Below, one piece after another: positions 23,254-32,998 of a stretch of 64,000 nt of DNA. The stretch lies in sequence record NC_025447.1; one strand, 5' to 3'. Made by a program: the position numbers and the translations under genes. Position 1 is the stretch's first letter, and each line of letters begins with the position of its first letter. The notes below the pieces were generated by a model. It worked only from the letters and a program-made list of their open reading frames with translations. It ran no database searches and was not told the origin of the DNA. Source of the DNA: Escherichia phage 121Q.

Positions 23254-23675
23254 GAGGCTATAATAAGATTTGTATTTTTGTATTTTTAGTTTGTGCATTC
23301 AATTCGTTTGGTTACTACTGTACAGAAAATAATATTTCATATGGTTTAAATCCTTTGTGGTTTACAATTTCCAATGTAGCACAAATTGGTATTGCTCTTA
23401 TGTCTGCACTTATGTTCTGTCCAATTGTCACTATGGATACTGATCATGAAAGGCTTGGATTTCTCCGTGATACTGGAGACGAACCTTACAGTAGATTGAT
23501 TGTGTTGTATCCATTTATTGTTATTTTAGGTACTAACATCCAACTTGGGTCATTATCTAATAGTGTTACATCAGCAGCTATTGCTATATTTGCATTCACA
23601 TTTTTTATGGTACACAAATCAGTACTTAATTGGTATATCACAAAAATGGCAGAAGAAGGTACTAAAAATACTTGA
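23250..23675 (+). CDS. hypothetical polytopic membrane protein
   Basis: ORF track; ATGA overlap. Confidence 0.45.
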   Translation: MRGYNKICIFVFLVCAFNSFGYYCTENNISYGLNPLWFTISNVAQIGIALMSALMFCPIVTMDTDHERLGFLRDTGDEPYSRLIVLYPFIVILGTNIQLGSLSNSVTSAAIAIFAFTFFMVHKSVLNWYITKMAEEGTKNT

Positions 23676-23734
23676 CATAATTTAGTATGTTATATATAAT
23701 TATTTTGTTAAAAACAAATTAGAGTAAGGAACTT

Positions 23735-23986
23735 ATGAACATCGATAAGGTCAAAGAACTTAGTGCTGCACTAATTAAGAATGAAGAAGTTTGTGAAGAA
23801 CTTCGCAGTACTATCAAAGTTGAGTACGCACGACTCCAAGGTATGCTTCAAGAATCAGAATGGGTAGTAACTAAATCTATCGAAGCAATCTATAAGGATA
23901 TCGAATCCCTTTTCAACAAGAAAAGTAAGATTGAATCTGATTCATATAACAAACGTAAAGAGTTATCTACTGCACTTGGTATCTAA
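23735..23986 (+). CDS. hypothetical protein
   Basis: ORF track; TTGACA promoter-like at 23672. Confidence 0.45.
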   Translation: MNIDKVKELSAALIKNEEVCEELRSTIKVEYARLQGMLQESEWVVTKSIEAIYKDIESLFNKKSKIESDSYNKRKELSTALGI

Positions 23987-24060
23987 AAGTATTTGACATA
24001 ACAAATAATATGGAGTACAATGTGCTCCTAATTTAATTATCAGCTAAAAAGGAAAACATT

Positions 24061-24321
24061 ATGAAATCTATTCTCGTTGCAGTTAACCTGGTTGCTTCCC
24101 CATCTTTCAACTTCAAACAAGTTGTTGCTGATAATCTGAAGAAGATCTGTCCAAACGCTGAATTGACTTTCTGTGTATTTGATTCAGAAAAAGTAACTAA
24201 AGTTGATCTAAACTATCTTTTGAACGAAGTACAAAGCGTTTCTGGTGAAAGTAACTTAAAAGTTCTTCATGAGATTGCAGAAGATTATGATGACACTCTA
24301 GTAATTTCGGAGAAATTCTAA
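24061..24321 (+). CDS. hypothetical protein
   Basis: ORF track. Confidence 0.45.
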   Translation: MKSILVAVNLVASPSFNFKQVVADNLKKICPNAELTFCVFDSEKVTKVDLNYLLNEVQSVSGESNLKVLHEIAEDYDDTLVISEKF

Positions 24322-24326
24322 ATCAA

Positions 24327-24746
24327 ATGATTACATTCATTCAGTACTTAATCATTAAATTTTTTGGCTATTATACGATTGAGGGCAAAGCTACGCTTGC
24401 ACATAAAATCTTTGTAGCATTATGTACGGGTGATTATGACGTATTGAATAAGTACTGTAAATCTAAAGAATGTATTGATATAATGGCACTTCGTATCTAT
24501 GAGTGCCGATCCAATAGATACAATTTTTACCAGTACAGATTTGATAAAGAAGAATTTGATAGCATCAAAATGCTAAAGAATTTATGTAACAATAAAAAGA
24601 ATATGCATATATCAGAATTTGTTGCTTTGTATTTTTATTTAAAAAGTTCATTGTATATGAACACGATGCAAAGATTCGATACTAGAATTAATGTATTCAC
24701 CGATAAAGAATTTTATATATACGATAAATTCTTAGATAAGGTTTAA
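24327..24746 (+). CDS. hypothetical protein
   Basis: ORF track. Confidence 0.4.
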   Translation: MITFIQYLIIKFFGYYTIEGKATLAHKIFVALCTGDYDVLNKYCKSKECIDIMALRIYECRSNRYNFYQYRFDKEEFDSIKMLKNLCNNKKNMHISEFVALYFYLKSSLYMNTMQRFDTRINVFTDKEFYIYDKFLDKV

Positions 24747-24747
24747 T

Positions 24748-25245
24748 ATGACAACTGTTTATATTGATAAACGATTAAATTTATTGATTACCGATTCTAG
24801 AGTTACGTCAACTATACCACGAAACTTATTTGGTTTTTTCCCACTAAGACCAAAATATCAATATGGAGTTGTTAATCAAAAAACTTTATATGTACATGAC
24901 CGTTTATTCAGTGCTAGTGGGTCAGTAAGTGAAATTGATAAAGTACTGGATTGGTTAATTAATAAAGTACCAGTTATACCTGACAGAAAGTTAAGTTGCC
25001 ATTGTGTGCTTCTTTCTAAAGATTATGTTATTCATATGATTTTAACTAAAGGAAAGTTTATTAAAAAACTTGAATATCTACATGAAGACTACACTTTCTT
25101 TATGGGAAGTGGTGGAGAATACATGGTAGATGCTGCTATTCATGAAGAACATACAACTTTATATGATAAAGTGTTTAGTACTTTCATGGATGTGCATAAC
25201 CATGATTGCTTCACAGATGATAATATTAATGTATATCGATTTTGA
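24748..25245 (+). CDS. hypothetical protein
   Basis: ORF track. Confidence 0.45.
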   Translation: MTTVYIDKRLNLLITDSRVTSTIPRNLFGFFPLRPKYQYGVVNQKTLYVHDRLFSASGSVSEIDKVLDWLINKVPVIPDRKLSCHCVLLSKDYVIHMILTKGKFIKKLEYLHEDYTFFMGSGGEYMVDAAIHEEHTTLYDKVFSTFMDVHNHDCFTDDNINVYRF

Positions 25246-25266
25246 TTTCGTCATTAGGAGATGTAA

Positions 25267-26232
25267 GTGAAAAAGCTTGATTTAAATACAATTGCCGAAG
25301 AAGTTCTGGATGAATGTTTTTCTAATGAAGAAGTCAACACACTAGAAGCCTTAGATTTCGTTGAAGATAAAGATGAAAATGAAGGTAAAGTACAAAGCAG
25401 TTTCAAATATAATATTACACTTAAGCGACCACCAAATGTTTCCAATGAAGATCTAATTCGTGATATTCAAGCTGGTATCAATGTAAAGAAAAACACTGAA
25501 CTGTTAGTTCGTTACAATTATGGACTTATTATTGATGTAGCAAGTAAATGTACTTGTTATATCCCATTTGAAGATAAGATTTCATATGGTGTTGAGGGGT
25601 TCATGAGAGCACTAAAAACCTTTGATCTTAATAAGAATGTGAAGTTCATTACCTATGCTTCTTCTAGTATTTACATGACAGTTTATAACGAAAGTTCTGA
25701 CGCTAACTATATGGTACACTTCCCACGTTATATGAGTGTTCATAAGATCAAAGTAAAAAGATTCTGTCAGGAATATATGCGTAAACATGGTGTTCGCCCA
25801 ACTCCTGAAATAATCTCAGAGGGTACTGGGATTGAGATTCAGCATGTTAATAACTGTTTGTTATTTCAAAGCGAATACACTTCTCTGGATGCACCATTAG
25901 ACGGTGTTACCGATGGTACACTAGGTGACATTATTCATTCACCTGCTTCTGATTTTAACCTCAATGTTGATAGTATTCGTGCACCTTTACGTTATGCTAT
26001 CAATGAACTGACTAACGAATTGAGTACTAAAGAACGTGAGATTATCCAGCGTGTTCATGGTCTAGGTGAATATGAACCTGAAACGCTTCGTGAGATTGCT
26101 GATAATGGTTTTGTTGATGATAATGGAAAATATGTTAAATCCCGTTCATCAATACATCGAAAGTACAGTGAAGCTATGCAAAAGCTTAAGAAGCTAGTAC
26201 TTGCAAAAGGGTACGAATACGAAGATTTCTAA
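25267..26232 (+). CDS. sigma-70 family RNA polymerase sigma factor-like protein
   Basis: GTG start after AGGAG; region-2-like LVRYNYGLIIDVASK...GVEGFMRALKTFD...KFITYASSSIY and region-4-like C-terminus; motif match by eye only. Confidence 0.55.
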   Translation: MKKLDLNTIAEEVLDECFSNEEVNTLEALDFVEDKDENEGKVQSSFKYNITLKRPPNVSNEDLIRDIQAGINVKKNTELLVRYNYGLIIDVASKCTCYIPFEDKISYGVEGFMRALKTFDLNKNVKFITYASSSIYMTVYNESSDANYMVHFPRYMSVHKIKVKRFCQEYMRKHGVRPTPEIISEGTGIEIQHVNNCLLFQSEYTSLDAPLDGVTDGTLGDIIHSPASDFNLNVDSIRAPLRYAINELTNELSTKEREIIQRVHGLGEYEPETLREIADNGFVDDNGKYVKSRSSIHRKYSEAMQKLKKLVLAKGYEYEDF

Positions 26233-26238
26233 AGAAAA

Positions 26239-26266
26239 AAGGTTGGCTTATGCCAACCTTTTTTTA
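26239..26266 (+). terminator. rho-independent terminator
   Basis: AAGGTTGGC-TTAT-GCCAACCTT followed by TTTTTT. Confidence 0.6.
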
Positions 26267-26289
26267 TGGGATGAAGTAAAAGTTTGTGA

Positions 26290-26880
26290 TATAATTATCT
26301 TGTACAATTCTGTTGGCATGATATTCATGTACCTGATCCACTCGAAAACGTAGAGGGCAGTTGAGCAGTCCGACAGTGCGAACAGCAAAAGAAACCCGTT
26401 AGATGTGGGCATAGTTTGAACCCCTCACGGCAATGCGGCTGTATAAAGAACCACGTTAGGATAGCTGGTGGTTCCTTGATAGACATATAAGGATAACACC
26501 TTACGAATTATCTAAGGGAGAGTTATCAAATTTTGTACAGGAAAGTTGCGTCCAGAATTTGAGTACTCACATTAAGTATTTGATTGCATAGATACTTAAT
26601 GAAGATACACTATGTTTAAAAGTGTAGACCGTCATATGAAACTGAAGTAGAGAGAAACAGGATGACCCGCTTTCGCACTCGTTATGAGTAATCTTCAATG
26701 CAATAGCTCTGATACCATCAGCGTCAAATTTCCCTCCTTGTGGGGGGAAGAAAAATCCCTTCCTCAAATCCCGTCAATATTAAAAGTCCTTGACAGTTAT
26801 TAATCATTCGCGTAGAATACGTAGTATTAGAAGCGAACAGACATCTCGAAGAGATGGATGATTAACCATTAAGGAATATC
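26290..26880 (+). ncRNA. candidate large structured non-coding RNA (unclassified)
   Basis: About 590 nt without a plausible ORF in a densely coding genome; GC-richer than flanks; TGTGATATAAT promoter-like at 26285-26296. Confidence 0.25.
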
Positions 26881-26882
26881 CA

Positions 26883-27092
26883 ATGAATTCAGTAATCTTT
26901 TTAGTAGTCGCTTTCTCTGTTAATTCCGGTATACAAATAACCCCAATGAATTCCATGAATCAATGCATAGCAGTACGTGATAGTACATACGAACAAGTAA
27001 ACAAAGATATTTGGATTACAGTTAATAAAGAACAAATGTGGTGTTACAATAGTAATACTAACACAAAGCTTATTGTAGGACAAACTCAATGA
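26883..27092 (+). CDS. hypothetical protein
   Basis: ORF track. Confidence 0.4.
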   Translation: MNSVIFLVVAFSVNSGIQITPMNSMNQCIAVRDSTYEQVNKDIWITVNKEQMWCYNSNTNTKLIVGQTQ

Positions 27093-27319
27093 GTTATGGT
27101 GTTCGTTTTGAGATTCGTTCTATTGTCATCGATGCAGAGAAACAAGTATCGTTAGATGGTGATATACGTGAAATTTATCTATCATGTATCCGTGCGAAAT
27201 CTGAAGCAGATGCCTTAGTACAAATGTATAGTTTTAACTTTTCAAATGGATTCTATTTGGTACGAGTTGTTGAAGTTAAAAAAGTAATTCTTGGTTGTTG
27301 CATAGAAGGAATAATGTAA
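27089..27319 (+). CDS. hypothetical protein
   Basis: ORF track; ATGA overlap. Confidence 0.4.
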   Translation: MSYGVRFEIRSIVIDAEKQVSLDGDIREIYLSCIRAKSEADALVQMYSFNFSNGFYLVRVVEVKKVILGCCIEGIM

Positions 27320-28108
27320 ATGAGCACTATCGATGAACTGATTCAACGGAATTCAAAATATTACCAACCATCAGAAATTGTGGATAACATTACTAAATCT
27401 GAGTTTGGACCGAACACACGCAAACTCATTCATGTAATGTCACGTGATGGCTTTAAATGTGATTGTTGTGGTGAATCAAATGTAGTATTCACTTTACACA
27501 AGCACAGTACTAAAGAACGTTATAAATTCAGACCTTATGTACTTAAAGGGAAACGCCTTGTACGCATGACGTTAGACCATAATGTACTGGACTGTCTTCA
27601 GGGCGGTAATGATAAAGAGAACATGACTGCATTGTGTGAAGATTGTAACGCATTACGCCAGCATAAGTTTGCTGAGTACAGTGAGTTTAAACACTGGTAT
27701 CATAACGCGGATCGTTCAATCGAGCCTGACGTTAACTACTGCTTCATTGAGTACATTAAGAATGCCAAAGATACATACATTCTTAAATCAATGTCACCTA
27801 TTACCGTGTTTCCTGAGAACCTATTCACTACATTAAAGAATAGTTTTATTGTCGGTGATATTGATGCATTCAAGTATTTTGACAAAGGTGCAAAACATTT
27901 TGAAATTCAATGTCTTAGTACTGCACTATGTAAACTCATTAAAATTTACATAAAAGAGTATTTGGGTATTGACAATGTACGTGTACCAGAGTATACTTTT
28001 TCTATTGAATTCGATTGTGAATCAATTAAAGAGTTTGGAATTCTTTTCAATAAACAAATAGAACTTGCAATTCAAAACGAAATCAAGTACTATACTACTA
28101 ACATTTAA
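27320..28108 (+). CDS. HNH endonuclease (putative homing endonuclease)
   Basis: CDCCG ... TLDHNVLDCLQGGNDKENMTALCEDCNALRQHK matches the HNH catalytic motif. Confidence 0.7.
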   Translation: MSTIDELIQRNSKYYQPSEIVDNITKSEFGPNTRKLIHVMSRDGFKCDCCGESNVVFTLHKHSTKERYKFRPYVLKGKRLVRMTLDHNVLDCLQGGNDKENMTALCEDCNALRQHKFAEYSEFKHWYHNADRSIEPDVNYCFIEYIKNAKDTYILKSMSPITVFPENLFTTLKNSFIVGDIDAFKYFDKGAKHFEIQCLSTALCKLIKIYIKEYLGIDNVRVPEYTFSIEFDCESIKEFGILFNKQIELAIQNEIKYYTTNI

Positions 28109-28123
28109 TCAGAGGAAATTATC

Positions 28124-28306
28124 ATGCAAATTATCATTCTTATCGTTGGCATCATGCTGGGTGTTTACGGTCACTCCTGGATGAACGAGAAGTTTCCTAA
28201 TACGCGTCCTGAGTATTGCAGTACTAATGTATTCCAGAATGGTGAGAAACCAAAGGAAAGTATTGGTAAAAAGCTGGACAAAGTACTTGATGTGATCAAT
28301 GAATAA
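28124..28306 (+). CDS. small membrane protein
   Basis: ORF track; hydrophobic N-terminus. Confidence 0.35.
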   Translation: MQIIILIVGIMLGVYGHSWMNEKFPNTRPEYCSTNVFQNGEKPKESIGKKLDKVLDVINE

Positions 28307-28517
28307 GGGCCATAAAATGTTTAAACCGAATTCCAATGTTGGAAAGAAAGTTCAATTACTTGAGGATGTATCCACTCTGAGTGGAATTTTCCCAAGAGGT
28401 CACATCATGACTATTATTGCCGAAACATCCCGTGGTTGGGACTTGGAAGATGCTGATGGTAATCGCATCCTTGAAGCTGGCTTCTATGGTCATCGTGAAT
28501 ATAAAATTATCGATTAA
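28299..28517 (+). CDS. hypothetical protein
   Basis: ORF track. Confidence 0.4.
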   Translation: MNKGHKMFKPNSNVGKKVQLLEDVSTLSGIFPRGHIMTIIAETSRGWDLEDADGNRILEAGFYGHREYKIID

Positions 28518-28614
28518 GGATATAAAATGATGTTAGAGGCTATCGTTGGTATTGTTAGTTTTAGTCATCTGTGTTGCTTGCTTTGGGTATATGATGATTT
28601 TTGGTGATTAATAC

Positions 28615-28642
28615 TTGACAGAAGATATCAGTACTGTATAAT
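28615..28642 (+). promoter_or_regulatory. sigma70-like early promoter (TTGACA - 16 nt - TATAAT)
   Basis: Spacer contains CAGTACTG directly upstream of -10. Confidence 0.5.
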
Positions 28643-28687
28643 GTTTATATCAAACGAAATCCACTTTAACAAATGATAGGAAATATT

Positions 28688-28966
28688 ATGTCTTTTTCTA
28701 AAGAAGAACGTGACCTTATTAAAAAAGCAATTTGGTTTTATGCTAATGAAGGGAAGTGCGATGAAGAAAAAGCACGTGAACTGTGTAATATCCTTGAGAA
28801 GAAACAAGAACTGAAAGTGTATCGTATCCGTGATTTGGATGAAGGGGATCGTATTGTCCTAGCTGAAACAAAAGAAGAAGCAGAACAAATCTTCACTGAT
28901 AAAAACGAAAATCCACATTGGATGGAAGAAGTCTGTGATGTTAAAAAAGGTACTTATATCGATTGA
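28688..28966 (+). CDS. hypothetical protein
   Basis: ATG at 28688; track ORF 28673-28966. Confidence 0.45.
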   Translation: MSFSKEERDLIKKAIWFYANEGKCDEEKARELCNILEKKQELKVYRIRDLDEGDRIVLAETKEEAEQIFTDKNENPHWMEEVCDVKKGTYID

Positions 28967-28991
28967 CAGTACTGAATAATAGCAGTATAAT
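28963..28991 (+). promoter_or_regulatory. sigma70-like early promoter (TTGACA - 17 nt - TATAAT)
   Basis: Contains CAGTACTG; upstream of ORF 29085. Confidence 0.5.
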
Positions 28992-29084
28992 GTTTATATC
29001 AAAGGGAATGCAGTGAAAGGAAAGACAGCATAATCGTACTCGTCACTGCGTTCCCGCCCTTTTAAATTAAATGAGGAATTAACT

Positions 29085-29393
29085 ATGTTTCAAACTAACA
29101 CTCAAGGTTTTGTAATCATCGATTTGAATCAAAACAGCGGTTATTGGATGAAACCTACTGACGCATGTATGCAGTTTGATTTCTTAGGTTACAGAATTAG
29201 TGTAAGTACTGGTGCTTCTGTACTGAGAGGTGGTTGTATCGTTGAACATCTGGTAACTGATCCAGAAGGTCGTGAGTATGAAATCGCAGGTTCAGTACAA
29301 GATGCCATTATGTTTGTATGTCAGCGTGAAATGAATGGTTCGAACTCAAATGCACTGACTCATGCTCTTTCTCAAGAAGTGGAGGTTCGTTAA
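29085..29393 (+). CDS. hypothetical protein
   Basis: ORF track; GAGGAA RBS-like upstream. Confidence 0.45.
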   Translation: MFQTNTQGFVIIDLNQNSGYWMKPTDACMQFDFLGYRISVSTGASVLRGGCIVEHLVTDPEGREYEIAGSVQDAIMFVCQREMNGSNSNALTHALSQEVEVR

Positions 29394-29644
29394 TGAAATA
29401 CATTGTAGCAGTACTCGTCGCATTTTTACTCACTGCATGTGATGCTTCAACCAAAGAACGCACAAGTGATTTTGAACTCCCTACTGAATTAAAAGAAGCA
29501 GGATGTAAGATTTATCGTATGCAACAGGAAGGTGCTGGTGCAACGTTGTATACAGTTTATTGTCCTAATGCAAACACCAGTACTGGATACACTAGCGGAA
29601 AAACACGAATCAACACTTCAGTGATTAATGGAGTACAACAATGA
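29393..29644 (+). CDS. putative lipoprotein
   Basis: N-terminus MKYIVAVLVAFLLTAC (lipobox-like LTAC). Confidence 0.45.
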   Translation: MKYIVAVLVAFLLTACDASTKERTSDFELPTELKEAGCKIYRMQQEGAGATLYTVYCPNANTSTGYTSGKTRINTSVINGVQQ

Positions 29645-30009
29645 GCCTTGATACAACCCGTGCAACAGATTTATTCACTCGTCTGAATGATGAAGAATAT
29701 CTTGCTGAAATAAAGTACAAGCTTGAAAAACTGGCTCGAAGTGCTGAAGTAATTGAAGTTAAAGGTCATTTACCAATGGATCAATTCCATACGTTCAAAG
29801 AAGATATGGTTTATTATCCAAATGAAATTTGGATTGAGTGGGAACATTGGACTAACAAAACTCTACGCATTGAAGGTTATTGTGTGAATTATGAATCTGA
29901 ACCTGGTGATGTTACAAAAACTCTCTCCATTTGGTGTACAAAAACACATGAACTAGTTGAGGTGAATTTGAATTATATGAAAGGTTTCCGTTGGGGTGAT
30001 ATTCAATGA
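29641..30009 (+). CDS. hypothetical protein
   Basis: ORF track. Confidence 0.45.
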   Translation: MSLDTTRATDLFTRLNDEEYLAEIKYKLEKLARSAEVIEVKGHLPMDQFHTFKEDMVYYPNEIWIEWEHWTNKTLRIEGYCVNYESEPGDVTKTLSIWCTKTHELVEVNLNYMKGFRWGDIQ

Positions 30010-30281
30010 TTAAAAAACTATTGACAGTTGTCTTTGTATTCTGTACAATGTTTCTTACAGCATGTAATGATGACGGCAGGTTTAGTGCAAAAGACTTAGT
30101 TCGTCAGGATTGTACATTCACAGGCAAGTCTTTTATTAACGAGTATGAAATATGTACACAATCAGGTCGTATCTGTGGTGGTTGGGAAAAACGTCAGGAG
30201 CGATTGTATGTATATGAATGCCCTGGACATCACAACAAAGTACTAAGCACACACAAACTTGTTTATGATAAGGTTGAATAA
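30006..30281 (+). CDS. putative lipoprotein
   Basis: N-terminus MIKKLLTVVFVFCTMFLTAC (lipobox-like). Confidence 0.45.
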   Translation: MIKKLLTVVFVFCTMFLTACNDDGRFSAKDLVRQDCTFTGKSFINEYEICTQSGRICGGWEKRQERLYVYECPGHHNKVLSTHKLVYDKVE

Positions 30282-30496
30282 TGACTACCAATGAAATGAT
30301 GCAGGTTATTTGGGATAAAGGTTGTGATATTAAAATCACCAGTACTGAAGTTCGTGTATTCAAAACAGAATATATGGAGTACTTGGACCTTGATACTTAT
30401 AATAATATTGTATCAATTGAACACAAAGGTGCAGTACTGGAAACGATTGATGTAGTTCTCAAGAAAGCTACCGACCTATTAGGAGTGGTAGTGTGA
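30281..30496 (+). CDS. hypothetical protein
   Basis: ORF track. Confidence 0.4.
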   Translation: MTTNEMMQVIWDKGCDIKITSTEVRVFKTEYMEYLDLDTYNNIVSIEHKGAVLETIDVVLKKATDLLGVVV

Positions 30497-30647
30497 ATAA
30501 CAAAGAGTGGGAAGATTACCGCAAGAAGTGCCGAGAGTTTGATAAAGAACTCACAGGTGCAGTGAACGCGGTAATGTGGGTATCTGCAATTATTGCAGTA
30601 CTTGGTTTGGGTGCTATTATTATTAATAAATTATTCTAAGGACTAAT

Positions 30648-30848
30648 ATGTTTACTTTATATCTTGCAGTAGTACTAACTAATGGTGAAATCACTCGCAC
30701 CGTTGGTGAAGGTGTATATAAAACACCTGATCAGTGTTACTCTGCAACTCATTGGCCTCGTGATGCTGGTGATGAAACTCGCACTGAATACAAATGTATG
30801 AAGGTTAAAGGTGACTTTGTAAATCTAAAGGTTATTGAGACTAAGTAA
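30648..30848 (+). CDS. hypothetical protein with N-terminal hydrophobic segment
   Basis: ORF track. Confidence 0.4.
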   Translation: MFTLYLAVVLTNGEITRTVGEGVYKTPDQCYSATHWPRDAGDETRTEYKCMKVKGDFVNLKVIETK

Positions 30849-31366
30849 TGGATATTAATGAGTTGTTGAAATTAGTGTTTAATCGTGAACGCCGCGATAC
30901 AAGACCAATTGAATATCAAGATGTGATACGCATTGAAACTGATTTCTGTTATGGTAAAACAACTCATGATCTTTTGAATCTCTCTGGAAAACGCTATGCT
31001 GATGTTTGTTTTTCAGAGAGAAGTGATGGTTCAGAAATAACAAGTACTGATATTGTTTGTTACGCACGCAGTGCTGATAAATCTTATGAAATAGAACTTA
31101 TATATTCCCCTAGTTCTAAAACAAATCATCACCGCCATATTTTATATGATGTTTACACACCACCTGGTATTGCTGAATATTTTGTTATTGATTATAGTAC
31201 TGAAGAAAATGTGTTTCAACAAAGTTTGATTCATAACTTTGAGGTGAATGATCCATTAGTACCAAAGTTGTTCAAACTACTTGACACCATCGATGTTGAC
31301 TTTGAATTTGTTATGTGCATTAGAACTTCTTTATTCAATGAATTCATGGAACTTTTTAATATATGA
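30848..31366 (+). CDS. hypothetical protein, EExFFQxST-motif family
   Basis: ORF track; product contains EENVFQQSLI. Confidence 0.45.
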   Translation: MDINELLKLVFNRERRDTRPIEYQDVIRIETDFCYGKTTHDLLNLSGKRYADVCFSERSDGSEITSTDIVCYARSADKSYEIELIYSPSSKTNHHRHILYDVYTPPGIAEYFVIDYSTEENVFQQSLIHNFEVNDPLVPKLFKLLDTIDVDFEFVMCIRTSLFNEFMELFNI

Positions 31367-31584
31367 ATAGATACTATGTTGTGTATGAACACGTCTCTGA
31401 ATTTAATAACATACGCGGGTTTTCCAGAGTAGTCACCAAGATGGATGTATTCATTCGTGCTCTTAGTGAAGTAGATGCACTGTTTAAATTGTTTGATGAA
31501 ATTACAAAGTATAACACACCCAAAACACACCGCTATGTGGAAACTGTACATAGCATTATGCTAACTGAAAGTGATGAGGAATGA
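31363..31584 (+). CDS. hypothetical protein
   Basis: ORF track. Confidence 0.4.
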   Translation: MNRYYVVYEHVSEFNNIRGFSRVVTKMDVFIRALSEVDALFKLFDEITKYNTPKTHRYVETVHSIMLTESDEE

Positions 31585-31587
31585 TAA

Positions 31588-31806
31588 ATGAATTTATATC
31601 TAGTTGAAGGTTTAGTACAAGTCTATAAACCAGAAGGTGAAGGTCAACGTTTTTCACACGTAGAAGAATTTAAGTACGTTGTACAGGCTGATGGTCAGTA
31701 CGATGCGGAAATTCAAGTAGATGAATCATTCCGTAAGAAAAATGAAATTGGTAAATTTCAATACCAGAACTTACAATACAAAGTATGGCCTAGCATAAAT
31801 GACTAA
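31588..31806 (+). CDS. hypothetical protein
   Basis: ORF track. Confidence 0.4.
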   Translation: MNLYLVEGLVQVYKPEGEGQRFSHVEEFKYVVQADGQYDAEIQVDESFRKKNEIGKFQYQNLQYKVWPSIND

Positions 31807-32014
31807 GATGTGGTGGTGTCATGGTGTATATAACGTGTATGTAAATGGTAGATATAAAATGTCTAGTACCTATGCAAGACGTGTTAATGCGAACAACCAA
31901 GTTGATGCTGCCTGTGAGATCATTGAGTGGTATGCTGAGTTCAATGCACCTGACTATATGTACGAAATAGTTACAATAAATGTTGTACAAATAGATACAT
32001 TTTTGATACAATAA
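31799..32014 (+). CDS. hypothetical protein
   Basis: ORF track. Confidence 0.4.
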   Translation: MTKMWWCHGVYNVYVNGRYKMSSTYARRVNANNQVDAACEIIEWYAEFNAPDYMYEIVTINVVQIDTFLIQ

Positions 32015-32045
32015 CCACATCAAAAAATTGCATCTGAGGATACTT

Positions 32046-32708
32046 ATGTTAGTTAATCTTAATTTCATCACTTCACCTGACTGGGCATTACGTGGGGTTT
32101 CTTTAAACTTCAAGGAAACTATGTTTGATTACATTGGTGAGTGTACATTGGTAAATGCAACTTTTGACCCAAATCATCCGTTCTGGGCTGAAATTCATGA
32201 TCCAACTGTAAACAACAATACATCTGTTATGACTATTGTCCAGACTAAACATGCAGGTATCCTTGCAGGTTATCGACCTGGACATGCAATTGAACACTTC
32301 ACTGATTACGATGTAGTGGATGAATACCCAATGATCCATGAAGATGGAAGTCTATACACATCTGAAGACTTCCGTGCTATCTTTAATAGTACTGATGATA
32401 TTCTACCAAGTGGACGTCCACGTCCTGAGTCTTATCTTATGCATCCATCTTATGGTGTAGCAGATACGCTTGAACAGATTATGAATAAGTACAAGAACCT
32501 AATTGAAGGTCCAGAAGAAATTGTCCTGTGCTATCACCCAGTACTTAAGTCTGAACAACCAAAGGATGGTGGATGGCGTTGGCATAAGAATGGTGAGTAT
32601 ATCGGTACTAAACGAAGTAAAGAACGTTTTGAGTACTTGTATGATGAACCAGATGTTGATGTGGTTTTGTGTTATAATTTTATTAAGGTGAAAAAGAAAT
32701 GTATCTAG
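32046..32708 (+). CDS. hypothetical protein
   Basis: ATG at 32046 after GAGGA; track ORF 32028-32708. Confidence 0.45.
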   Translation: MLVNLNFITSPDWALRGVSLNFKETMFDYIGECTLVNATFDPNHPFWAEIHDPTVNNNTSVMTIVQTKHAGILAGYRPGHAIEHFTDYDVVDEYPMIHEDGSLYTSEDFRAIFNSTDDILPSGRPRPESYLMHPSYGVADTLEQIMNKYKNLIEGPEEIVLCYHPVLKSEQPKDGGWRWHKNGEYIGTKRSKERFEYLYDEPDVDVVLCYNFIKVKKKCI

Positions 32709-32941
32709 TACTAAGTTTTGTTGTTGCACTATTGTTTATGTTCTATCCTACACTAGTGGCATTAGCCACTAGACGAACGATGGTAGATCTCACTACTGTA
32801 TTCTTGCTAAACGTGGCATTAGTACTGGTGTCTATTATCATTCCAGTGAGCTTTACAGTTATTGATATTATTTCGGTATTACTCTTCGTGTTAAGTTATC
32901 TTATGCTTATTGAAGAAACAAATGTTGACAAACGTTCGTAG
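32699..32941 (+). CDS. small membrane protein
   Basis: ORF track; two hydrophobic segments. Confidence 0.4.
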   Translation: MYLVLSFVVALLFMFYPTLVALATRRTMVDLTTVFLLNVALVLVSIIIPVSFTVIDIISVLLFVLSYLMLIEETNVDKRS

Positions 32942-32952
32942 TACTGTATAAT
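32925..32952 (+). promoter_or_regulatory. sigma70-like promoter (TTGACA - 16 nt - TATAAT)
   Basis: Spacer contains TAGTACTG; upstream of ORF 32999. Confidence 0.45.
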
Positions 32953-32998
32953 GGTTCCTGTAGTCTGAAACTTAACACTTAAACTTGAGGTAAAAAAT

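Noticed and set aside
26290-26880. Retron or group II intron for the long non-coding region
   Set aside because: There is no reverse transcriptase or maturase ORF nearby and I could not identify intron domain signatures; kept only as an unclassified ncRNA candidate.
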